IMG/VR virus record: IMGVR_UViG_2654587571_000012
Coordinates: 1-7,589 of that record
Reading direction: 5' to 3' (one strand)
Origin: a virus
Taxonomy: Duplodnaviria; Heunggongvirae; Uroviricota; Caudoviricetes
Length of the DNA stretch: 7,589 nucleotides
The position numbers were made by a program, and so were the translations under genes. Numbering within the stretch: the stretch's first letter is position 1; every line of letters begins with the position of its first letter. This document shows, piece by piece, positions 1 to 7,589 of this stretch. Under the pieces are notes generated by a model. That model had not been told where the DNA came from and did no database searches. It worked only from the letters and a program-made list of their open reading frames with translations.

Positions 1-165
1 AAAATGCCAGATAACATTCCGGCCTCCCCTGATTCAGGTTATAAATGACACAATATCTTGACAACATCCGTCACTGTCTGTCAGAAAATGTACTGCCATA
101 TAGAAGCAACATGTGAAGTACATCTATCCTTTTGAGCCAGCACCTCTCCACCGAAAGTCAGTGCT
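1..165 (+). repeat. Copy 1 of a ~165-bp structured element, cut at its 3' end by the IS
   Basis: 1..165 aligns by eye with 6779..6943. The first ~66 nt are identical, a central block is diverged with one indel, and the last ~27 nt (agcacctctccaccgaaagtcagtgct) are identical. It contains TTGACA (58..63) and the 5' arm of a hairpin (135..143). The matching 3' arm is interrupted after gtgct (165) by the IS end. Confidence 0.7.
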
Positions 166-2428
<2,263 letters not shown>

Positions 2429-2457
<29 letters not shown>

Positions 2458-2938
2458 CGAGTAAATCCGGTAATTTATCCCCTGCCCGCGCACACTGATT
2501 TGCCCCCTTAGCAATAAGGGTTTTCAGATGGTCAAGATGGCGCGGTGTTAAATCAGGAAACTGTCGCTGCATGGATAAAGGGATGGAATCAAGCGTACTG
2601 GATAACGCCATTGCCAGCTTACTGAGGGCAAAAATACAGAACCCGGTGTCAATAAGTTTTCCTTTTGACACCTCATTTTTTAACTGCTGTGTAACAGCCT
2701 GTTCTGCTGTCAGTTCCCATCTGGCAATAAGCAATTTCTCCTCATAGTCGTCTTCGCTATCGCCATCAGGCACATCGTTTTTACTTCTCCTCAGATACGA
2801 TATGTAAAAATCGCGCCAGGCATCCAGATCCAGTTGCCCTCGCTTATTCGATATCGGGGCACCCGGCAATTTCTGCAATCTGCGAAGCTGGCGATCGGTC
2901 AGACTTAAATGCCTGGCAACTTCAGTCTGCGTAGCCAC
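2429..2938 (-). CDS. nu1: Terminase small subunit (Nu1-like)
   Basis: 169 aa with a GTG start at 2938 and GAGG upstream. The C-terminal half resembles lambda Nu1 (FCIFALSKLA..., LDSIPLSMQRQFPDL). The N-terminal DNA-binding region differs from lambda. It overlaps the terminase A start by about 29 nt, as in lambda. Confidence 0.75.
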
Positions 2939-2984
2939 TCCTCACCTCGCAAAAACTCTCACCTCACAATCACAACAAAACCGG

Positions 2985-3084
2985 TCATGTCCGGTTTACA
3001 TGTCTGTTTTTTGTTCATGTCCGGTTCACAGAAGACCTGTTTTTATATTTTTCATATAGTTAACTTGAAGAGAAACCGGACATG
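2985..3084 (-). promoter_or_regulatory. cosB: three terminase-binding R repeats with an A/T-rich spacer (possible IHF bend site)
   Basis: TCATGTCCGGTT at 2985..2996 and 3015..3026, and the inverted copy AACCGGACATG at 3074..3084. An A/T-rich stretch at 3040..3060 separates the inverted copy from the other two. The repeats sit between cosN and the Nu1 start. Confidence 0.7.
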
Positions 3085-3121
3085 GATCCCGGAAAATTTT
3101 CATAAATAGCGAAAACCCGCG

Positions 3122-3133
3122 AGGTCGCCGCCC
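3122..3133 (-). other. cosN: lambda-type 12-nt cohesive end sequence
   Basis: The + strand AGGTCGCCGCCC is the reverse complement of the lambda cohesive end GGGCGGCGACCT. The adjacent ~35 nt (CGCGGGTTTTCGCTATTTATGAAAATTTTCCGG on the minus strand) also match my recollection of the lambda left end. The cosQ side (3135..3170, cgtaacctgtcggatc.ccggaaagg) likewise looks lambda-like. Confidence 0.8.
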
Positions 3134-3340
3134 CGTAACCTGTCGGATCGCCGGAAAGGACCCACGAAAATGATAATAATTATCATCTACATGAGGTTTA
3201 TCACGACATGTGTGTACGCCATCAAACCACGAGAAATAATCAATTATTACGCAGGTATCGTATTAATTGATCTGCATCAAATTAGCGTAAAAGCAACTTC
3301 AGATAATACAAATCAGCAACACTGAATACGGGGCAACATT

Positions 3341-3565
3341 ATGTCATCAAAGAACAGAACCCGCAGAACAACAACCCGCAACATCCGATTTCCAAACCAG
3401 ATAATTGAACAAATTAACATCGCTCTTGACCTAAAAGGTTCAGGTAATTTTTCAGCGTGGGTTATTGAAGCCTGCAGAAGAAGATTAATTAATGAAAAAT
3501 ATTCTCAATTTGTACCCAACAAAGACAAACACGACCAGAGCACCTGTTCAGACAGGTTTACTTAA
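3341..3565 (+). CDS. DUF3950 / YlcI-YnfO-like small protein (cos-proximal moron)
   Basis: 74 aa, MSSKNRTRRTTTRNIRFPNQIIEQINIALDLKGSGNFSAWVIEACRRRL... It occupies the same position and has nearly the same N-terminal sequence as the small ORF at the lambda right end, as I recall it. The upstream DNA (3135..3340) is also lambda-like. Confidence 0.8.
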   Translation: MSSKNRTRRTTTRNIRFPNQIIEQINIALDLKGSGNFSAWVIEACRRRLINEKYSQFVPNKDKHDQSTCSDRFT

Positions 3566-3584
3566 ACGACTTATATATGACACA

Positions 3585-3612
3585 AAAAGCGACCACTAAA
3601 GTCGCTTTTTCT
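3585..3612. terminator. Bidirectional intrinsic terminator between convergent genes
   Basis: Stem AAAAGCGAC (3585..3593), loop cactaaa, stem GTCGCTTTT (3601..3609). It is flanked by an A-run on one side and a T-run on the other, so both transcript orientations end in a hairpin plus U-tract. It sits between the stops of the 3341..3565 and 3647..3961 genes. Confidence 0.6.
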
Positions 3613-3646
3613 TATGGTAACAGGCAATAACTCTCTCAGATATTTT

Positions 3647-3961
3647 TTAGCATTTTTTTGACCGCGCGTTTCCGGACGTATTCTGTTCTCCTGTCCCTTT
3701 ATATCGTCGGAATACCCGCCGCTCTTCAAATCCCATTCCCAACTCAGAATGTAGTCTGTTGACCGCTTGTTTTATTTCGGTCAGGTTCACCGGTGAAACC
3801 GGAGTCCGGCGCGCCTTACGCAAACACTCTGCTCGTTTCTGTGCCGCCACTTTTCTTTTCTGGTCATCACTTAGCTGTACCATCACTTTTGCCCATCGTT
3901 CAGCTGCTCTCCGGTACAGTCCTTTTTTCTCCAGACATTCTGCCACGTGATCATGTAGCAT
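3647..3961 (-). CDS. Small regulator-like protein, possibly ANR (AraC negative regulator) family
   Basis: 104 aa with ATG at 3961 and a strong GGAGGT Shine-Dalgarno 5 nt upstream. The N-terminal ~50 aa (AECLEKKGLYRRAAERWAKVM...RKVAAQKRAECLRKAR) fit my recollection of the ANR helix pair. The C-terminal half is unassigned. Family assignment is from memory only. Confidence 0.6.
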   Translation of the reverse strand: MLHDHVAECLEKKGLYRRAAERWAKVMVQLSDDQKRKVAAQKRAECLRKARRTPVSPVNLTEIKQAVNRLHSELGMGFEERRVFRRYKGTGEQNTSGNARSKKC

Positions 3962-4426
3962 AAGTGACCTCCGATTATCTACAGACTGCCATCCTGAATT
4001 TACCTTCCCTTAATGAAATAACAATAAAAAACAAACCACGCAAAAACAATAAAACAACACACAAAAAAAACTAAATAATAAACAAAAATAATCACCTTAT
4101 TTTATTATTTTTTGAGGGAGCAATTACTGAACAAAAAACGCTGACTATATACTCAAAACCAAACAACTATTCTGCCAATCAGGTATCATGGCAACACACG
4201 GAATTACCGTGTTTTTGCCTTCTCTGCCCATACAATACGGGCATATACTTCATTCTCTATTGTAATATTTCTATCCATGTGCCCCACTCCATTTACCTGT
4301 AAATAATATTCAAAATATTTATCACAGAAATCGTTTTTGGCCATGAACTGAGCACACTATAAAGTCCGGAACTGACTCTTTGTTAAATTACCTTAACGTT
4401 ACCAGTAACACCTTCATAACAAAACA

Positions 4427-4894
4427 TCACGGTATACACTGGGTACGGATATATTCCTGTGCTCCTTCCAGTTGCTTCTGCATTGCCATCAGCCGTTCTC
4501 TGAGGATGAAATAATCCCGTTCAGCGGTGTCTGCCAGTCGGGGGCCGGTTGCATTATCCACGCCGGAGGTGCCGGTGGCTTCACGCACGGTACCGGAGCA
4601 GGTGGCGTTGATCCGCAGGCGCTTACGACCAGCGGCAACATCAGCACGCAGAGTTTCATTTTCAGCTCTCGCATCGGCTAATTCCCTCGAGTATCTGGCA
4701 TCAAGTGCAGCGACATCACGCTGGCGTATCTGCATATCAGTAATTGTCGCGTTCGCCAGCTCCAGCTCACTGGCTTTTTTATCGCGCTGCTCTTTGTAGA
4801 TGATGGCGTGATCACGGTAATGATTCAGCCCCAGACTAAGCGCACCACAGGCCACCAGCAGGACAATGATAACCACGCACAGAACACGGTTCAT
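4427..4894 (-). CDS. Rz: Rz i-spanin
   Basis: Start at the ATG at 4894 (MNRVLCVVIIVLLVACGALSLGLNHYRDHAIIYK...) with GGTGG upstream. Close to lambda Rz throughout from memory (DMQIRQRDVAALDARYSRELADA, ADTAERDYFILRERL, MQKQLEG). N-terminal transmembrane segment present. The 4951 start in the ORF track is a TTG and is not used here. Confidence 0.9.
   Translation of the reverse strand: MNRVLCVVIIVLLVACGALSLGLNHYRDHAIIYKEQRDKKASELELANATITDMQIRQRDVAALDARYSRELADARAENETLRADVAAGRKRLRINATCSGTVREATGTSGVDNATGPRLADTAERDYFILRERLMAMQKQLEGAQEYIRTQCIP
4489..4674 (-). CDS. Rz1: Rz1 o-spanin (lipoprotein embedded in Rz in the +1 frame)
   Basis: 61 aa, MRELKMKLCVLMLPLVVSAC... with a lipobox Cys and a proline-rich mature part (PPAPVPCVKPPAPPAWIMQPAPDWQTPLNGIIS) very like lambda Rz1. 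Entirely nested in Rz. Confidence 0.8.
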   Translation of the reverse strand: MRELKMKLCVLMLPLVVSACGSTPPAPVPCVKPPAPPAWIMQPAPDWQTPLNGIISSSENG

Positions 4895-4895
4895 A

Positions 4896-5009
4896 TCACC
4901 ACCAACGGATTGCCCAGACCAGAACAGCAATGGCCACAATACGAATGGCAAAAGCTGCCGCTCTTGTTAAATCCAGACTGGCTGGCGTCTCCACTTCAAT
5001 GCCTTTCAT
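4896..5009 (-). CDS. Possible 37-aa hydrophobic small protein between endolysin and Rz
   Basis: Translated by hand: ATG at 5009 with GAGG 9 nt upstream, MKGIEVETPASLDLTRAAAFAIRIVAIAVLVWAIRWW, stop TGA at 4896..4898, one nucleotide before the Rz ATG. It is below the ORF-track length cutoff. It could be a frame left open by the Rz ribosome-binding region. Confidence 0.25.
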   Translation of the reverse strand: MKGIEVETPASLDLTRAAAFAIRIVAIAVLVWAIRWW

Positions 5010-5102
5010 AATGGACAACCTCAGAAAGAATCTTTTATACTTCCTCACAGGGAAAGTACCTCCCTACCCATAATTTCTCCCTTGCCTTACTCAAGGTCAG
5101 AA

Positions 5103-5150
5103 AACACAAAACCCCGCTTGCTGCCAACAAACGGGGTTTTTACTTTTATT
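5103..5150. terminator. Bidirectional hairpin terminator inside the lysis cassette (between endolysin and Rz)
   Basis: Stem AACCCCG (5110..5116) and CGGGGTT (5132..5138) around a 15-nt loop. On the + strand it is followed by TTTTTACTTTTATT. On the minus strand it is followed by UUUUGUGUUUUC. Confidence 0.6.
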
Positions 5151-5229
5151 CACTTAGGTTTTACCAGTTTTCAGGATTTCGTGTTATCCACCCGCGTTGG
5201 CCAACGTCATTTTTCAGGAAAATATTCTG

Positions 5230-5763
5230 CTATCTGTCGATGTCCCAGCACGCCAGCGCGCTCTCCTGGTCACGCCGTGAGACCTGACCGTAGCAATTAT
5301 TTGAACGGATACGGCAGTCTCTGCCACCGTCCTTAATCCACCAGCGAATCGCCTCACAGGCACCTTTTCGATCGCCTGCATTAATTCGTTTATAAAACGT
5401 CGACGGGAAGCACTTACCGGGGCCAATGTTGTACGGACAGAATGACGCGATCCCCGCTTTCTGGGGTTCGGTCAGCGGCACCCGGATGTTTTTCTCCACC
5501 CATGCCAGCGCCTTGTCACGTTCGATGGCATTAACCCGGTCGCATTTTTCCTTTGACAGCTTCATGCCAGGAATAACAGGCTTACCATCCACCAGAATGG
5601 CACCACGGCAGATGGTCCAGATCCCCGCACCATCACGGTATGCCGTGGTGTGGTTACCTTCCTTTTCATCCAGAAACTGGTCGAGGATTTCAGGCGCAGA
5701 AGCACCTGCACCAATCAGCGCCAGAACGGCAGCCGACAGGCCGTATTTTATTTTTTCGTTCAT
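5230..5763 (-). CDS. R: SAR-type endolysin (T4-lysozyme fold, signal-anchor-release N-terminus)
   Basis: 177 aa. N-terminal YGLSAAVLALIGAGASAPEIL is a weakly hydrophobic SAR-like segment. It is followed by EGNHTTAYRDGAGIWTICRG, which carries the Glu-Asp-Thr catalytic arrangement of phage 21 R-type lysozymes. It lies downstream of a pinholin. Confidence 0.9.
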   Translation of the reverse strand: MNEKIKYGLSAAVLALIGAGASAPEILDQFLDEKEGNHTTAYRDGAGIWTICRGAILVDGKPVIPGMKLSKEKCDRVNAIERDKALAWVEKNIRVPLTEPQKAGIASFCPYNIGPGKCFPSTFYKRINAGDRKGACEAIRWWIKDGGRDCRIRSNNCYGQVSRRDQESALACWDIDR

Positions 5764-5880
5764 GGGGATTTATCGATTTCTAATCCCTTGATATGTTAGG
5801 TATATAATCCAACACTCATGGTCGCTCTCATAAACATATCCCTTGAGACGCAGCAGATTACAACAAATGAAGCCATATAA

Positions 5881-6195
5881 ATGAACAGTAAAGAAAGTTT
5901 GCGCAGAAGATTTTTACAACTAATGACAGAAAACGTTAAATCAGAGTTACTTCTTCTGATGGCAGATAATAACGAAGCAACAAGCAGCATTCTTGCAGAC
6001 CCTTACGGTAAGATCTCACATAAAACGCTGGATATTATTACCACAACATTAACACCGCTGATGCTTCAACGGCTGAAACATAATATCAACGCATGGGTTA
6101 ATGAAGAATTAAGTCCTCCCTGCTTATGGGATTCTCGTTACGCATGTCAGCAAAAAATGCGAATTTTCAACTTACTATCACCAAAGCTCAGGTAG
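5881..6195 (+). CDS. Hypothetical protein encoded opposite to the lysis genes, between holin and endolysin
   Basis: 104-aa ORF and the only long ORF on either strand in the low-GC 5764..6450 insert. TATATAAT at 5801..5808 lies upstream. A perfect 8-bp inverted repeat AAATCCTG-N14-CAGGATTT (6201..6230) begins 6 nt after the stop. No convincing Shine-Dalgarno and no family recognised. Confidence 0.4.
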   Translation: MNSKESLRRRFLQLMTENVKSELLLLMADNNEATSSILADPYGKISHKTLDIITTTLTPLMLQRLKHNINAWVNEELSPPCLWDSRYACQQKMRIFNLLSPKLR

Positions 6196-6450
6196 CCATA
6201 AAATCCTGCCCTTCATGGCATACAGGATTTCAATGGAATCACAATGACCAACTCTTGCACAGCTGTATCCCTGACTCCCCGACAACTCAGATTTTCAGTA
6301 TCTGCTGCTATCTAAAGAGAAAGCGCACAAATGCAAGGGTCTTTCATCACGTCCTGTTATTGATTGCCTGTGACCTTTTCTTACCTCATGGAACGTTTTT
6401 TCAGTTAGAAATATTCATTTTACAACCAGTTCGTATTGTTTATTCATCGA

Positions 6451-6657
6451 CTACTCTCCCCGCGCCACCTTACGCTTATCTTCTTTAATCTTGAAATAAA
6501 GGTTAGTCAGATACGTCAGCAGGCCAAACAGCAGACTCCCCAGCACACCGATTGCCACCCACTGGGACGGAGAGACTTTGTCCAGCAGCTGCAGTAACCA
6601 GTATCCCGTCCCCACCGCTGACGTGGTGTATGACACACCCGTTGTGATTTTTTCCAT
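6451..6657 (-). CDS. S: Class II pinholin (phage 21 S-like)
   Basis: 68 aa, [68 protein letters not shown]. Two transmembrane segments and a charged C-terminal tail, closely matching S21 as I recall it. GGAGA lies 12 nt upstream of the ATG. Confidence 0.9.
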   Translation of the reverse strand: MEKITTGVSYTTSAVGTGYWLLQLLDKVSPSQWVAIGVLGSLLFGLLTYLTNLYFKIKEDKRKVARGE

Positions 6658-6700
6658 CTGATGTATGTCTCCGTCACCGCCGACAGAAAATGAAAGTAAA

Positions 6701-6737
6701 GAAAAACAAAAAAACCACCAGTGTCACCCACTGACGG
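6701..6737 (-). terminator. Minus-strand-specific intrinsic terminator just upstream of the holin gene
   Basis: In minus-strand RNA, CCGUCAGUG and CACUGGUGG pair as a 9-bp stem with two G-U wobbles around loop GGUGA, followed by UUUUUUUGUUUUUC. On the + strand the same positions are A:C and C:A mismatches, so the structure is strand-specific. Confidence 0.55.
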
Positions 6738-6778
6738 CCAACTCCGGGAGCCGTGATTATGGCATTCAGGCTCTGCTA

Positions 6779-6943
6779 AAAATGCCAGATAACATTCCGG
6801 CCTCCCCTGATTCAGGTTATAAATGACACAATATCTTGACAACACCCGTCACTGTCTGTCAGAAAATATACCGCCAGGCATAAGTATCATGTGAAATCCA
6901 ACTATCCTTCTGAGCCAGCACCTCTCCACCGAAAGTCAGTGCT
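6779..6943 (+). repeat. Copy 2 of the ~165-bp structured element (intact)
   Basis: Direct repeat of 1..165. It carries TTGACA at 6836..6841 and runs into the hairpin terminator at 6913..6956. Its 5' end (6784..6801) can also fold as a short hairpin in minus-strand RNA (GCCGGA/UCUGGC) followed by AUUUUU. Confidence 0.7.
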
Positions 6944-6956
6944 GGCTGTTTTTTTC
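6913..6956 (+). terminator. Plus-strand intrinsic terminator of sRNA-like unit B
   Basis: Perfect 9-bp stem AGCCAGCAC (6913..6921) and GTGCTGGCT (6939..6947) around a 17-nt loop, followed by G and TTTTTTT (6949..6955). The minus-strand reading has no U-tract after the stem. Confidence 0.65.
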
Positions 6957-7003
6957 CTTAATAAAGCATCTGTAACTGAAACAATCCGCATATTGATAAT
7001 ATA

Positions 7004-7103
7004 TTGACAGGCATCATTGCTGTCTGTGAAAAATAAGTCTCTACAAACATATAAGGCCTTTTAGCCAGCGTCTTCTTTCAGGTCAGTCGCTGGCTCTTTT
7101 TTT
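7004..7103 (+). ncRNA. sRNA-like unit C: diverged tandem paralogue of unit B with its own TTGACA motif and terminator
   Basis: TTGACA at 7004..7009, then ggcatcattgCTGTCTGTgAAAAAT (compare unit B's acacccgtcaCTGTCTGTcAGAAAAT). Terminator stem AGCCAGCG (7063..7070) and CGCTGGCT (7088..7095) around a 17-nt loop, then TTTTTTT (7097..7103). The -10 element is not canonical, so the promoter call is tentative. Confidence 0.45.
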
Positions 7104-7104
7104 A

Positions 7105-7589
7105 TTATGCTGCCGGTGCATTTATCTCCAGCACCAGACTTTCTATCTCAACGCCATACGCTGCATTTTTTGTAACATCCGTCAGCGTCAGCGCATTCAG
7201 TCCCAGTGTCAGACCGTCTTTTATAACCTGGAATGCCGGGCCAGCCACTCCATTCAGTTTCGGAGTAACCGTGGCACTGCCGGCGGTGAACACCAGCTCC
7301 AGCGTCTGCCAGTCGTTACCGTAATCGCCGAACTCCCCCAGCTTCGTGTTTCCGGCTTTCCTGTGATGCATCAGATTCACTCTGCCGTCAGTGGTCTGAG
7401 TGAAGTACGACATCAGGAACGGATTACCGGTACCCGTCATCGCCACACCATCAGGAACGGGAGCATCCGTATACAGATAAATCCCCAGCCCGAACTGATT
7501 GTTGGTCAGTGCGCCTGACAGGCGGAACTTACAGGTCAGTCTGCCGCCCTGTGTCAGCAGGGTAATTGCGTCATCCACCGGATGCGTCA
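7105..7589 (-). CDS. C-terminal fragment of a larger late-region protein (continues past the window end)
   Basis: The frame is open to the window edge; the M at 7578 in the ORF track is a GTG. A ~160-aa Gly/Thr/Asn-rich tail that looks beta-rich. Its position immediately upstream of the holin is where Stx-type lambdoid prophages carry a NanS-p-like esterase, but I cannot confirm that from the sequence. Confidence 0.55.
   Translation of the reverse strand, partial: THPVDDAITLLTQGGRLTCKFRLSGALTNNQFGLGIYLYTDAPVPDGVAMTGTGNPFLMSYFTQTTDGRVNLMHHRKAGNTKLGEFGDYGNDWQTLELVFTAGSATVTPKLNGVAGPAFQVIKDGLTLGLNALTLTDVTKNAAYGVEIESLVLEINAPAA

Noticed and set aside
2909-3109. ORF 2909..3109 (+), 66 aa
   Set aside because: It runs across the cosB repeats and up to cosN. 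The region is better explained as the packaging site, and there is no ribosome-binding site.
3759-3950. ORF 3759..3950 (+), 63 aa
   Set aside because: Antisense to the ANR-like gene, which has a strong ribosome-binding site and a family-like sequence.
3962-4426. A bor-like lipoprotein gene between Rz and cos, as in lambda
   Set aside because: No ORF with a signal peptide and lipobox of the expected ~100 aa is present on either strand in this interval.
4427-4951. N-terminal extension of Rz from 4951 (MPFVLWPLLFWSGQSVGGD...)
   Set aside because: The start at 4951 is a TTG. The ATG at 4894 has a GGTGG ribosome-binding site and gives an N-terminus that aligns with lambda Rz.
4472-5011. ORFs 4472..4681 (+), 4527..4799 (+) and 4808..5011 (+)
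   Set aside because: Antisense to Rz/Rz1. Low-complexity Ala/Ser/Arg-rich translations typical of antisense reading.
5082-5791. ORFs 5082..5336 (+), 5214..5426 (-) and 5426..5791 (+)
   Set aside because: They overlap the endolysin gene in other frames or on the opposite strand. The endolysin assignment is strong.
5796-5990. ORF 5796..5990 (-), 64 aa, as a same-strand gene between holin and endolysin
   Set aside because: Hydrophobic, Cys-rich low-complexity translation with no ribosome-binding site. It overlaps the better-supported + strand ORF. Kept only as an alternative if the + strand ORF proves untranscribed.
6126-6845. ORFs 6126..6488 (+) and 6516..6845 (-)
   Set aside because: 6126..6488 overlaps the 3' end of the + ORF and the holin stop and crosses the inverted repeat. 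6516..6845 is an alternative frame across the holin gene and its leader and is Cys/Trp-rich. Neither looks like a real protein.
6836-7103. Interpreting the + strand units as the late promoter and its terminator (pR'/tR') of the phage late operon
   Set aside because: The late genes are on the minus strand, and these hairpins have their U-tracts only in the + strand reading. They cannot terminate late-operon transcripts. The minus-strand terminators at 6701..6737 and 6779..6801 are the candidates for that role.

Overview
This window reads as the cos-proximal end of a defective lambdoid (phage 21 / lambda-like) prophage from an enterobacterium, with the phage late operon on the minus strand. All identifications are by eye and from recalled protein/DNA families; no search was run.

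Order on the minus strand, high to low coordinate:
- 7589..7105: C-terminal fragment of a larger late-region protein (window-truncated).
- 7104..6658: a structured non-coding region with two tandem sRNA-like cassettes on the + strand.
- 6657..6451: S21-type pinholin.
- 6450..5764: ~690 bp low-GC insert with one + strand ORF (5881..6195).
- 5763..5230: SAR-type endolysin.
- 5229..4895: terminator hairpin and a possible 37-aa ORF.
- 4894..4427: Rz with embedded Rz1.
- 4426..3135: AT-rich moron region (ANR-like small regulator on -, DUF3950/YlcI-like gene on +).
- 3133..2985: lambda-type cos (cosN AGGTCGCCGCCC, three CATGTCCGGTT cosB repeats).
- 2938..2429: terminase small subunit.
- 2457..1424: first ~345 codons of terminase large subunit, cut by an insertion sequence.
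- 1423..166: a 1258-bp IS3-family (IS911-like) element with orfA/orfB and an A_AAA_AAG frameshift site.
- 165..1: a second copy of the ~165-bp element that also sits upstream of the holin gene.

The IS has no target-site duplication, so it marks a rearrangement or deletion junction. The most interesting unexplained material is the repeated promoter-like/terminator cassette family antisense to the late operon, the opposite-strand ORF inside the lysis cassette, and the cos-proximal moron pair.
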